A stretch of DNA of 64,000 nucleotides, taken from contig JAWMAR010000203.1 in NCBI GenBank assembly GCA_036785375.1, positions 3,968,001 to 4,032,000 on the forward strand, in the 5' to 3' direction. Shown in pieces: positions 1 to 11,497 of this stretch. The translations under genes and the position numbers were made by a program. Every line of letters starts with the position of its first letter. Positions within the stretch are counted from its first letter, which is position 1. The notes under the pieces were generated by a model. It had not been told where the DNA came from and did not search any database. It worked only from the letters and a program-made list of their open reading frames with translations. Source of the DNA: Leucoraja ocellata (Eukaryota).

Positions 1-3000
1 GAACACGTATTCTTCCTTAGTCCCATATACCTGCACTCAGACCATAACCCTCCATTCCTTTCCGGTCCATATAACTATCCAATTTATTTTTAAATGATAA
101 AAACGAACCTGCCTCCACCACCTTCACTGGAAGCTCATTCCACACAGCCACCACTCTCTGAATAAAGAAGTTCCCCCTCATGTTCCCCCTAAATTCTCAA
201 GTCATGTCCCCTTGTTGGAATCTTCCCTACTCTCAGTGGGAAAAGCTTATCCACGTCAACTCTGTCTATACCTCTCATAATTTTAAAGACCTCTATCAAG
301 TCCCCCCTTAACCTTCTGCGCTCCAAAGAATAAAGCCCTAACTTGTTCAACCTTTCTCTGTAACTTAGTTGCTGAAACCTAGGCAACTTTTCTAGTAAAT
401 CGGAGCTATTGGGGGTTGATACTGGCACATGCAACTGGGTCCTGAACTTTCTGTCGCAACGGCAGCAGACAGCCAGGGTGGGCAGTAGGACATCAAAAAC
501 CATAGCCGTGAGCACTGGCTCACCCCAAGGCTGTGTCCTAAGCCCCCTTCTGTTTAGTCTGCTGACACACGACTGTACTGCCAGACTCGATAACAACTTC
601 ATCAACAAGTTCGCTGATGACACAACAGTGGTGGGTCTCATCAGTGACAATGATGAATCGGCGTACAGGATGGAGGTGGAGCTGCTCACAGGTTGGTGCA
701 AATCCCACAACCTCATTCTTAACGTGGGAAAAACTAAGGAGATGGTGGTTGACTTCAGGAGGGCGGGGAAACAACACCATACACCTCTGCACATCGACGG
801 AGCTGATGTGGAAAGGGTCAGCAGCATGAAGTTCCTAGGACTACATCTGTCTGATGACCTGACGTCCACGGCCAACACCACAGCTCTGGTCAAAAGAGCC
901 CAGCAGCGACTTCACCCTCTCCGAAGACTACGTAAAGCAGGCCTCCCCACTATACACCTACGGACTTTTTATAGGGGGACTGTCGAGAGCACATTGACCT
1001 ACGGCATCACTTCCTGGTTCGGGAGCTGCAAGGCGTACGAACGGCACCAACTAGACAGGATAGTGAAGACCGCCAGCAGGATTATTGGTGCTCCACTCCC
1101 CTTCCTGCTGGACATATACAGGAAGAGATGTATCAGCAGAGCCATCTCCATCATCAAAGACCCTTACCACCCATCGCATGACATTTTCTCCATCCTGCCA
1201 TCTGGGAAGAGGTACAGGAGCATTAGCTGCAAAACCAGCAGGATGCTCCTCAGCTTCTCGTCACAGGCTATAAGACTGCTAAATGGACTTTGCCCCCTGC
1301 CAAGTATCGCGCACAAACCCCCACACTGCAGCAGAGCCACTGTTGTGCCGCTGCCGGTCGGAACGCTTGTTGAATGTTTAGTAGAGTGTTAAATTTGTTC
1401 ATGATACATGTATTTTTTTTTTTATTTCTATTTATTTTTCATGCACACTGAATGGACACTGGTTGAGCAACGTTTTTTTGTTTCCTCTGGGTATGCGAAT
1501 ACTCAGGAAATGACAATAAAGATATACAATACAATACAAATCTCCTCTGTACTCTCTCTATTTTGTTGACATCCTTCCTATAATTAGGCGACCAAAATTG
1601 TACACCATACTCCAGAATTGGCCTCACCAATGCCTTGTACAATTTTAACATTACATCCCAACTTCTATATTCAATGCTCTGATTTATAAATGCCAGCACA
1701 TCAAAAGCTTTCTTTACCACCCTTTCTACATGAGATTCCACTTTCAGGGAACTGTGCACAGTTATTCCCAGATCCCTCTGTTCACCTGCATTCTTCAATT
1801 CCTTACCATTTACCATGTACGTCCTATTTTGATTTGTCCTGCCAAGATGTAGCACCTCACACTTATCAGCATTAAACTCCATCTGCCATCTTTCAGCGCA
1901 CTCTCCCAACTGGCATAAATCTCTCTGTAGACTTTGAAAATCGACTTCATTATCCACAACCCCACCTATCTTAGCATCATCTGCATACTTACTAATCCAA
2001 TTTACCACACCATCATCCAGATCATTGATGTACATGACAAACAGTGGACCCAACACAGATCCCTGTGGCACCCCACTAGTCACTGGCCTCCAACCTGACA
2101 AACAACCATCCACCATTACTCTCTGGCATTTCCCATTCAGCCACTGTTGAATCTATCTTGCTACTCCATCATTAATACCCAACAATTGAACCTTCTTAAC
2201 CAACCTTCCATGAGAAACCTTGTCAAAGGCCTTACTGAAGTCCATATATACAACATTCACTGCTTTACCCTCATCAATTTCCCGAGTAACCTCTTCAAAA
2301 AATTCAAGATTAGTCAAACATGACCTTCCAGGCACAAATCCATGTTGACTGTTCCTAATCAGACCCTGTTTATCCAGATGCTTATATATATTATCTCTAA
2401 GTATCCTTTCCATTAATTTGCCCACCACTGACGTCAAACTAACAGGTCTATAATTGCTAGGTTTACTCTTAGACCCCTTTTTAAACAATGGAACAACATG
2501 CGCAGTACGCCAATCCTCCGGCACTATTCCCGTTTCTAATGACATTTGAAATATTTCTGTCATAGCCCCTGCTATTTCTACACTAACTTCCCTCAATGTC
2601 CTAGGGAATATCCTGTCCGGACCTGGAGACTTATCCACTTTTATATTTCTCAAAAGTGTCAGTACTTCCTCTTCTTTGAATCTCATAGTTTCCATAGCTA
2701 CTCTACTTGTTTCCCTTACCTCACATAATTCAATGTCCTTCTCCTTGGTGAATACCGAAGAAAATAAATTGTTCAATATCTCCCCCATCTCTTTTGGCTC
2801 TGCAGATAGCTGTCCACTCTGACTCTCTAATGGACCAATTTTATCCCTCGTTATCCTTTTGCTATTAATATATCTGTAGAAACCTTTGGATTTACTTTCA
2901 CCTTACGCCAAAGCAACCTCATATCTTCTTTTAGCTTTTCTAATTTCTTTCTTAAGATTCTTTTTACATTCTTTATACTCCTCAAGCACCTCATTTACTC

Positions 3001-3460
3001 CATGTTGTCTATAATTATTGTAGATCTCTCTCTTTTTCTGAACCGTGTCCAATTTCCCTTGAAAACCATGGCTCTTTCCAATTTTTACTATTTCCTTTCA
3101 ACCGAACAGGGACATAAAGATTCTGTATTCTTAAAATTTCACCTTTAAATGTCCTCCATTTTTCTTCCACATCTTTCCCATAAAACAAACTGTCCCAATT
3201 TACTTCTTTAAAATCCTTTCGCATCTCCTCAAAGTTAGCCTTTCTCCAATCAAAAATCTGAACCCTAGGTCCAGATCTGACCCTCTCCATAATTATATTG
3301 AAACTAATGGTATTGTGATCACTGGACCCGAACTGTTCCCCAACGCATACCTCTGCCACCTGTCCCGTCTCATTTCCTAACAGGATGTCCAGCACCGCCC
3401 CCTCTCTAGTAGGTACTTCTATGTATTGCTGCAAAAAACTATCCTGCACACATTTTACAA
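1..3460 (-). mobile_element. CR1 LINE, ORF2 (endonuclease C-terminus plus RT), frameshifted, interrupted by a Rex1 insertion at 402-1535
   Basis: Minus ORFs 3015-3515, 2153-2788 and 1439-2116 carry CR1 motifs (GSSDHN, KSPGPD, NYRPVSLTS, DFSKAFD, GVPQGSVLGP, YADD, YSLERRRLRGDLIE). Confidence 0.95.
402..1535 (+). mobile_element. Rex1/Babar non-LTR retrotransposon, 5'-truncated
   Basis: ORF 409-1392 has [36 protein letters not shown] and LPSGKRYRS. It ends with AATAAA and an (ATACA)n tail; AAATC is present at both junctions with the host CR1. Confidence 0.92.
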
Positions 3461-3569
3461 ACATTTTACTGTTCAATCTACACTGCAACCGCGACCTGCA
3501 ACCCGTGGAGTTCACTTAGAACACGAGTTTAGTTTAGAAATACCACTCGGCCCATCGAGTTCTGCACAA

Positions 3570-3730
3570 TGGCTTAGCTGGTATAGCTGCTCCCTCACAG
3601 CGCTAGAGACCCGAGTTTAATCCTGACCTCGGGAGCTGACGGTGTGGAGTTGGTACGTTCTCCCTGTGACCACATGGGTTTTCTCACGGGTGCTCCTGTT
3701 TCCTTCCACATCCCAATGACATGTGGGGTT
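3570..3730 (+). mobile_element. tRNA-derived V-SINE (HE1-like)
   Basis: A/B-box-like head followed by a V-domain-like core gtgtggagttggtacgttctccctgtgacc...gggtgctcctgtttccttccaca. Confidence 0.75.
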
Positions 3731-3976
3731 GATTGGACTTTACTGGCCCTCAGACTATGTTTGATCGGACTTTACTGGCTTTATCTTGTACTAAACGTTA
3801 TTCCCTTCATCATGGAACTGTACAATGTGAATGGCTCGATTGTAATCATGTGTAGTCTTTCCGCTGACAAGTTAGCACACAACAAAAGCTTTTCACTATC
3901 TCGAGACATGTGACAATAAGCTAAACTCAGTAAATTATCTGTAGTGTGTAGTGAGTCGGTGAGGCAGAAGCACCAA

Positions 3977-4595
3977 GCTCCTGTCCCACTTAGGAGACCT
4001 AAACAGCAACCTCTAGTGACCTTGCCTGCCACCAGAGGTTTCCATGAGGTCACCGGACGTTTTGGTCACACTCCCTAATGGCCAATAGACAATAGGTGCA
4101 GGAGTAGGCTATATGGCCCTTCGAGCCAGCACCGCCATCCAATGTGATCATGGCTGATCGTCCCCAATCAGTACCCCGTTCCTGCGTTTCTCCCCATATC
4201 CCCTGACTCCGCTATTTTCAAGAGCCCCATCTAGCTCTCTCTTGAAAGAATCCAGATAACCTGCCTCCACCACCCTCTGAGGCAGAGAATTCCGCAGACT
4301 CAACACTCCCTGTGAGAAAGTGTTTCTTAAGTGGTCGAGGCTTCATCTAGGTTGCTGCTATTTTTTCATCAGGTTTAAAACCGGCCTCGACTAAAAGTAG
4401 GTTGCCGTTATAAAAATTGTTAATATTTTTGTCGCAGGTCTAGTCGAAGCCGGTTTTCTTAATAGTCGAGGAAGTTTTTCAACATATGCATGGAAGGTGC
4501 ATTGAGGTTATAGGTCACCTCGACCTTGATTTTTTTTGGGTGGCGGGCAAGGTCACGAGAGGTTGCTGCTTAGTTCTCCTAAGTGGGACAGGGGC
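3977..4595. mobile_element. Non-autonomous DNA element (PIF/Harbinger-like MITE) with an inserted CR1 3' fragment (4082-4328, minus)
   Basis: ~57-bp imperfect TIRs gctcctgtcccacttaggagacc... and ...ctcctaagtgggacaggggc, flanked by CAA / TTA. Confidence 0.7.
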
Positions 4596-5046
4596 TTAGT
4601 TTCCATGCTGTATCTCAAAACTCCACTGCTATGGATCTACTCAGTTATGTAAAAACTACTACTGTCTACTCAGTTTTGATCATCTTGCAGTAGGAATGGA
4701 TACCATTAAGCTGGAAAGAATGCAAAGATTTAGGAGGATGTTGCCAGAACTCGTGGGCCTGAACTTTAGGAAGACTAGACCAAGTGAAACCCATTGGGTC
4801 CCTGTCACATGGGAGGCCTGATCTGCCAACGCAACCTGTTCCCCAACGCAACATTCCACCACTCACCCATAGCCCCCAACTTCGCGGGCACGGCTCATTT
4901 CCCCTTATCCCCCAGCACTCCTCCTCCTCTTCACCCTCCCTCATTTTTTCCCTCTCCTACCCAATCCCACTACCCTTCGTCACTCCCTTTCTCCCTCCAT
5001 AACACCTAACCCCTCATATCCCTCTACCCCCCCCCCCCCCCCTAAC

Positions 5047-5606
5047 CAGGCACGGAAATCGCTATCAAAATATGGAGGGGACGGGGGTTTCTCCGCGCTG
5101 GCTGTAAGCCTGGGCCATATTTCCCGCAAGTCCAGGCAGGGCTGCAGGTCAGGCAAAATTGAGCTGGGTTTAGCGCTGCTTCTCTGCGCTGGCTGTGGGC
5201 ACAGCTCCCGTCTGACTTCTGACCTCTCTGGCCACCCGTGGGGCGGGGGGGTACGGGACAGCGCCGGAGACCCGGCCGGGATCATCCTGACTGCGGATGA
5301 GGCGCAGGTCTGTGCCACCTCTCCCTCCTCCAATCACCGCGCTTTATCCTCAGTCCCACCCACTCCTCCCTCCTCCACTCATTGCATTGAATCATCATGA
5401 CCCGCCCCCATTACCTGCTGACTGACGTCCCTCTCGTCCAATCGGCGCCCTCGATCAGCAGTCCCACCCCCTGTCTCGCGGAAAGCGGAGATTTTAATAT
5501 CCGGATCACAAAACCTTTGGGGGGGGGGATCGTCCCCCACCTCTCAAAACAGATGGGGACGTGTCCCACCTGCCCCCCCCCCCCCACCCCGGGATTTCTG
5601 CCCCTG
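5047..5606. mobile_element. Non-autonomous hAT element, copy 1
   Basis: Termini CAGGCACGGAAATC...GATTTCTGCCCCTG with a perfect 8-bp TSD CCCCTAAC (5039-5046, 5607-5614). Homologous to 36326-37070. Confidence 0.85.
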
Positions 5607-6169
5607 CCCCTAACTATCCCTCCTGACCTCCCCCACTGCCCTCGTCTCCTTTCTCTACACCTCTCTTCCCCCTCCTCCATTCCCTCTCTTCCTCCTCCAT
5701 TCCTCCTCCCCTCGGTCCAGTCTGCCACGTCCGCACGAACCAATGGCCAGCAGCGTCACCATTTTTGAGGAGGGTGGCCCTGACCCTGGCCCTGGCCCTC
5801 CCCCGGGTGAAGCGCGGTGACGGATGGTTCCAGGACGCGCTGAGCACCAGGCACCGCAGCAACTGCACTTTTACATCAGTGGAACCGCGTCCACTAATCC
5901 AACTAACCTCTTGCCCAGTTCACAGTTTCTGTAAAGAAGTGTAATGACGTGGAATAAAAACCGCCCGTGGGCCGGATGATTTCGTGTTACGCGTGATTTC
6001 GTGTGATGCCGCCCCCCAGTGCAGCCCCCAGGACCTGGCTGAACCGACCCGACCAGCTGTGACCTGCGCCAGATTCTGGCAGAATGACATCGGAGATTGC
6101 AACGGACTCGAAGAAGACGGGCCGAATGCGGCCGCGGGCCGTAGGTTGCCGACCCCTGCCTTTCACGTT

Positions 6170-6360
6170 GGAATATTCTCCTCGCTGCGTCCAGCAGATT
6201 GGTCTCCTCTTCTGTGAGTCAACGCCAGGCGAGGCGAGCACCGCCGATGACTGACAACTGACACGGCCAATCAGTGCAGCGATGGTGCTGGAAGGGGGAT
6301 TGCCGTCCCGGCCGTGACTGACAGGAAAGGAAACCAATCAGCGAGGCGGTGACTGACATT
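6170..6360. promoter_or_regulatory. CpG-rich promoter-like cluster (CCAAT boxes plus TGACTGACA motifs)
   Basis: ATTGG, GGCCAATCAG and AACCAATCAG, three TGACTGACA motifs and one TGAGTCA within ~190 bp. Confidence 0.4.
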
Positions 6361-6364
6361 AGTC

Positions 6365-7732
6365 TTATTTTTAAATGGATTAAATTCATTTTTCTATCAT
6401 CAATCTACACACAATACCCCAGAATGAAGAAGCAAAACCAGGTGTTTAGAAATTTATACAAAGTAATTAAAAATAAATAACTGAAAAATTACATTTGCAT
6501 AAGTATTCAGACCCTTTGCTACGACACTCAAAATTGAGGTTAGGTTCATCCTGTTTCCATTGATTATCCTTGAGATGTTTCTACCCATTGGACTCCATCA
6601 TCATTAAATTGATTGGGCATGATTTGGAAAGGCACACACCTGTCTATATAAGGTCCCACAGTTGACAGTGCATGTCAGAGCAAAAACCAAGCCATGAAGA
6701 TGAAGGAATTGTCCGTAGACCTCAGAGACTGGATTGTGTCGAGACACAGATCTGGGGAAGGGTATAAAACAATTTCTGCAGCATTGCAGGTCCCATAGAG
6801 CCTCCATCATTCTTAATCATAATTTCATTGTCCTATACAGGGACACATGACAATAAACTCACTTGAACTTGAAATAACCCTGGAACCACCAAGATTCTTC
6901 ATTGAGCTGGACGCTCGGCCAAACTGAGCAATTGGGGGAGAAGGGCCTTGGTCAGGGACGTGACCAAAAACCCAATGGTCATTCTGACAGAGCTCCAGTT
7001 CCTCCTGGAGATGGGCGAACGTTCCAGAAGGACAACTATATCTGCAACACTCTACCAATCGGGCCTTTATGGTAGAGTGGCCAGACGGATGCCACTTCTC
7101 AGTAAAAGGCACATGACAGTCCACTTGGAGTTTGCCAAAAGGCATGAGAAACAAGATTCTCTGATCTGATGAAACCAAGATTGAACTCTTTGACCTGAAT
7201 GGCAAGCGTCACGTCTGGAGGAAACCAGGCACTGCTCATCATCTACGGTGAAGCATGGTGGTGGCTGCATCTGTAGGGATGTTTTTCAGCGGCAGGAACC
7301 GGGAGACTAGTCAGGATCCAGGAAAAAGATGAACGGAGCAAAGTACAGAGATCCTTGATGAAAACCTGTTCCAGAGCGTTCTGGACCTCAGGCTGAGGTG
7401 GAGGTTCACCTTCCAACAGGACAACAACCCTAAGCACACAGCCAAGACAACGCAGGAGTGGCTTTGTGACAAGTCTGTGAATGTCATTGAGTGGCCCAGC
7501 CAGAGCCCGGACTTGAATCTGATCGAACATATCTGGAGGGACCCGAAAATAGCTGTGCATCGACGCTCCCCATCCAACCTGACAGAGCTTGAGAGGATCT
7601 GCAGAGAAGAATGGGATAAATTACCCAAATACAGGTGTGCTAAGCTTGTAGTGTGATACCCAAGAAGACCCAAGGCTATAATCGCTGCCAAAGGTGCCTC
7701 AACAAAGTACTGAGTAAAGGGTCTGAATACTT
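6365..7732 (+). mobile_element. Tc1-family transposon remnant (degenerate DDE transposase)
   Basis: Translated pieces ELSVDLRDWIVSRHRSGEGYKTIS, DETKIELF, QQDNNPKH and WPSQSPDLNLIEH. Inverted motifs aagtattcagaccc (6501) and gggtctgaatactt (ending 7732). Confidence 0.9.
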
Positions 7733-7870
7733 TATTGTATACTGTAAATCTGATATTCAAATTTGTTAACACACTCACACACCGTGATTGAACCTGGGTC
7801 CCTGGCGTTGCGAGGGAGAAACTTTACCCGCTGCGTCACCGTGCCACTGCTGACTGGGCAATTTCACTTT

Positions 7871-9155
7871 GCTCACTTTTCAAATGTCATTAGAAACTGG
7901 AATAATCCCCGAGGATTGGCGTACTGCGCATGTTGTTCCATTGTTTAAAAAGGGTTCTAAGAGTAAACCTAGCAATTATAGGCCTGTTAGTTTGACTTCA
8001 GTGGTGGGCAAATTGATGGAAAAGATACTTAGAGATAATATATATAAGCATCTGGATAAACAGGGTCTGATTAGGAACAGTCAACAAGGATTTATGCCTG
8101 GAAGGTCATGTTTGACTAATCTTCTTGAATTTTTTGAAGAGGTTACTAGGGAAATTGACGAGGGTAAAGCAGTGGATGTTGTATATATGGACTTCAGTAA
8201 GGCCTTTGACAAGGTTCCTCATGGAAGGTTGGTTAAGAAGGTTAAACTGTTGGGTATAAATGCAAGAATAGCAAGATGGATTCAACAGTGGCTGAATGGG
8301 AGAAGCCAGAGGGTAATGGTGGATGGCTGTTTGTCGGGTTGGAGGCAGGTGACTAGTGGGGTGCCTCAGGGATCTGTGTTGGGTCCTTTGTTGTTTGTCA
8401 TGTACATCAATGATCTGGATGAAGGGGTGGTAAATTGGATTAGTAAGTATGCAGATGATACCAAGATAGGGGGTGTTGTGGATAATGAAGAGGATTTCCA
8501 AAGTCTACAGAGTGATTTAGGCCATTTGGGAAAATGGGCTGAAAGATGGCAGATGGAGTTTAATGCTGATAAATGTGAGGTGCTACACCTTGGCAGGACA
8601 AACCAAAATACGATGTACATGGTAAATGGTAGGAAATTGAAGAATACAGTTGAACAGAGGGATCTGGGAATAACCATGCATAGTTCCTTGAAGGTGGAAT
8701 CTCATATAGATAGGGTGGTAAAGAAAGCTTTTGGTAAAGAAAGCTTCTGGAGCGCAGAAGGTTAAGGGGGGACTTGATGGAGGTCTTTAAAATGATGAGA
8801 GGGATAGACAGAGTTGATGTGGACAAGCTTTTCCCTTTGAGAATAGGGAAGATTCAAACAAGAGGACATGACTTCAGAATTAAGGGACAGAAGTTTAGGG
8901 GTAATATGAGGGGGAACTTCTTTACTCAGAGAGTGGTAGCGGTGTGGAATGAGCTTCCAGTGGAAGTGGTGGAGGCAGGTTCATTGGTATCATTTAAAAA
9001 TAAATTGGTTAGGCATATGGATGAGAAGGGAATGGAGGGTTATGGTATGAGTGCAGGCAGGTGGGACTAAGGGGAAAAAAAAGTTGTTCGGCACGGACTT
9101 GTAGGGCCGAGATGGCCTGTTTCCGTGCTGTAATTGTTATATGGTTATATGGTTA
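7871..9155 (+). mobile_element. CR1 LINE 3' part (RT) with an internal deletion and (GTTATATG)n tail
   Basis: ORFs 7869-8765 and 8774-9070; same subfamily as 1-3460. Confidence 0.95.
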
Positions 9156-9785
9156 AAAATGAATCAAATGTATTTGCCAAATTGCCACTTCAAAAAAATT
9201 TCTTTGAATAGACAGGTAAGTCTTATATCCAGAATTGTAGACTATTACATAAATCATAACATTAAAATGAATAGTGCCGACACCTGTGGAATTCAGTCAA
9301 AATCCAACCAATATTAATTCAAATCAAAAAATAACTCAAACGCAGGAAATAATTCAGAATATATTTTTAATTAAATTAACTTGTGTGAATTTAATTACTA
9401 AAAATAGAAAAAAATTAACATTTAGATATTTCTTCAGAAATAATGAATTATTAAAAATAATCATAATTGGTAACTTAAAGAATAAAATGAATGAAATAAA
9501 CCATACCAAATGATACACAATACGACTTTTCCTCACAAAGTTCTTTTTAGACACCATTTCTGGCAGAAACGTTGTCTCCTACTTAACAAACATCCATTAA
9601 CATTGTCATTCCCACTTATTGCATACAAACTCTCTCATGTAACATGAAGGCGGCCTAATTTCATCCAATTTGTAAAACATGCAATATTCACTTGTCTTAA
9701 ATCACTTCAGAATGAACATTTAGTTAAATTAATGTATGTTAACTCAATCACAAGCTTAAAAGCTTAATAAAACTATTAATGCGGC

Positions 9786-10163
9786 TTTAATGTAATGCAG
9801 TGCGGTAGAACGATCGGCTGGGACTCCAACACCCAATGGAGACCCAAATGTATTGTTGTAAATGAATCATTATACAATCCAACGGAAGCAAGCAGGGGAT
9901 AGGTGTCTCTGAATATTAGAGTGCACCCACCATCATTTCATCTAGGGTGTCTTCACACCTTTCCACTGCATTCTTGGACAGTATAAAGATTCATTGATAC
10001 TGTATCCCATTAATAGCTGGCAGAAAGTGATGTGACCACCTAATTCCACACAGGTTGTCATCCCTGATCAACTGGACTCAGACAACTTGCATTTGTTTCC
10101 CAAACACTCTTTATTTACGTGCGCACGAGAAGAGCAACACAGTCCCAGTTACCGCACTACTCT
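9786..10163 (-). ncRNA. Candidate structured transcript with 5'/3'-end pairing (unidentified)
   Basis: Terminal complementarity 10150-10160 with 9797-9807 and 10141-10148 with 9818-9825, several internal hairpins, and TATA/Inr-like motifs immediately upstream. Confidence 0.35.
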
Positions 10164-10310
10164 GAAATTCTGCTTGGAAGTGTCGACTTTTATACACATT
10201 CTGACCGATTGAAATCTTACTCTCCAAATTCTTATCACCAATCACAATACGTTCATAAAAGCACTAATATCAAATTAAAAACTGCATGCATTTCAATCCT
10301 CTATTTGCAT
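10160..10310 (-). promoter_or_regulatory. Core-promoter motif set on the minus strand: Inr-like TCAGAGT, TATAAAA, GATA, CCAAT, octamer
   Basis: TATAAAA 10194-10188 lies 31 nt upstream of the A at 10163. TGATAAG 10237-10231, CCAAT 10238-10242, ATGCAAAT 10310-10303. Confidence 0.5.
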
Positions 10311-11239
10311 TTAATCAGTAAGATAACTCTCTTGGACCTTGCACTGTATGGTTAGAGCCAGTTGCATGTCCAAAGAACAACTCTCCAGGACCTTGTGCTG
10401 TACAGCTATCACAGCCTGTGCATCACAGGCTAATGCTCAAGGATCTTTAGCTGGATACCTGTAGCTGGTTGCATGCTACCTTAATCTTTCTCATACGGCA
10501 GTTTCCACAAGGTCAAGATTGAAATATTCCTAAAACATTCATGAAATTTCAGAATATTGAAAAAAATCAACAGCACACAACATGCATCAAAACCAGTTAC
10601 ATAGGATTTCTAGTTTTCCATTAAAACCCATGACATTGCAATTTACAAAACATTAAAATCCAGCACTAATGATTAATGTTTCTAAAGTCCACTATTTAAG
10701 AAGTAAAACATATTCAAATTTCAAAACTGTAGCTGAATGCACGTTACCTTAACCTTTGTCATATTGCAGTTCCCACAAGGTCAAGGTTGAAAGCCCCAGA
10801 TACCTCATTGCAATCTGGTCTTCACCTTGCACAAATCTGTGCAAGGTGAACTCCCTTTCCCATGCCAACTAAGCATGCCCAATTTCCTGCCTGTGTTTAG
10901 CCCAAATCCCTCCAAAACTGTCCTATCATAAGGGCTCAACTCCCTCTCCCTTCATCCTTATCTCAGCCATGATCCAGCTTTTCCAGGTGCCAACAAATGA
11001 ACATCCTTAGGTTACACCAAAAAATTCTTTTTGTGTAACCTTCGATTCTCCAGCATCTGCAGTTCCCTCTTAAACAAATGAACATCCTTATGTTGACTGC
11101 ACCATCTTCACCAACCAACACTCAACTGTTGGATCTGTCCTGTCCTTGATCAAGTGTGCATTACGTCTAAAGTTTAATGTATAACATTTCAACAGCCAAG
11201 ACTATGCTTCTAAACCAGTTGCTTATATGGTTATAACAA

Positions 11240-11452
11240 GAAACTGCAGCTGCTGGTTTACACCAAAGATAAGACACACAATGCTCGAGTAACTCAGCAG
11301 GTCAAGCAAATTCTCTGTAGAAATGGATAGGTGACATTTCGGGTAGGGACCCTTCTTTAGACCCTGTCTGAAGAAGTGCCTCAATCTGAAATGCAGCTAT
11401 CCATTTTCTAGAGAATGTGCCCGACCTGCTAAGTTACTCCAGCATTGTGTTT
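11240..11452. mobile_element. Palindromic Penelope terminal-repeat (pLTR) derivative
   Basis: Two inverted copies of the ctgcagatgctgg...gagtaactcagc...cccttcttcag-type unit also seen next to the Penelope ORF remnants at ~20000 and ~34300. Confidence 0.7.
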
Positions 11453-11497
11453 AACTCTACTTATACGATTGCTAGCTTTTCATTAACATTCATTATA

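Noticed and set aside
9940-10000. SECIS-like ATGA...AA...GA hairpin on the minus strand
   Set aside because: Spacing to the AA is 15 nt, the quartet register is poor, and no selenoprotein ORF is nearby.
9786-10163. Telomerase RNA or H/ACA snoRNA identity
   Set aside because: No CCCTAA template, no CR4/5 motif and no convincing H box, despite the terminal ACA.
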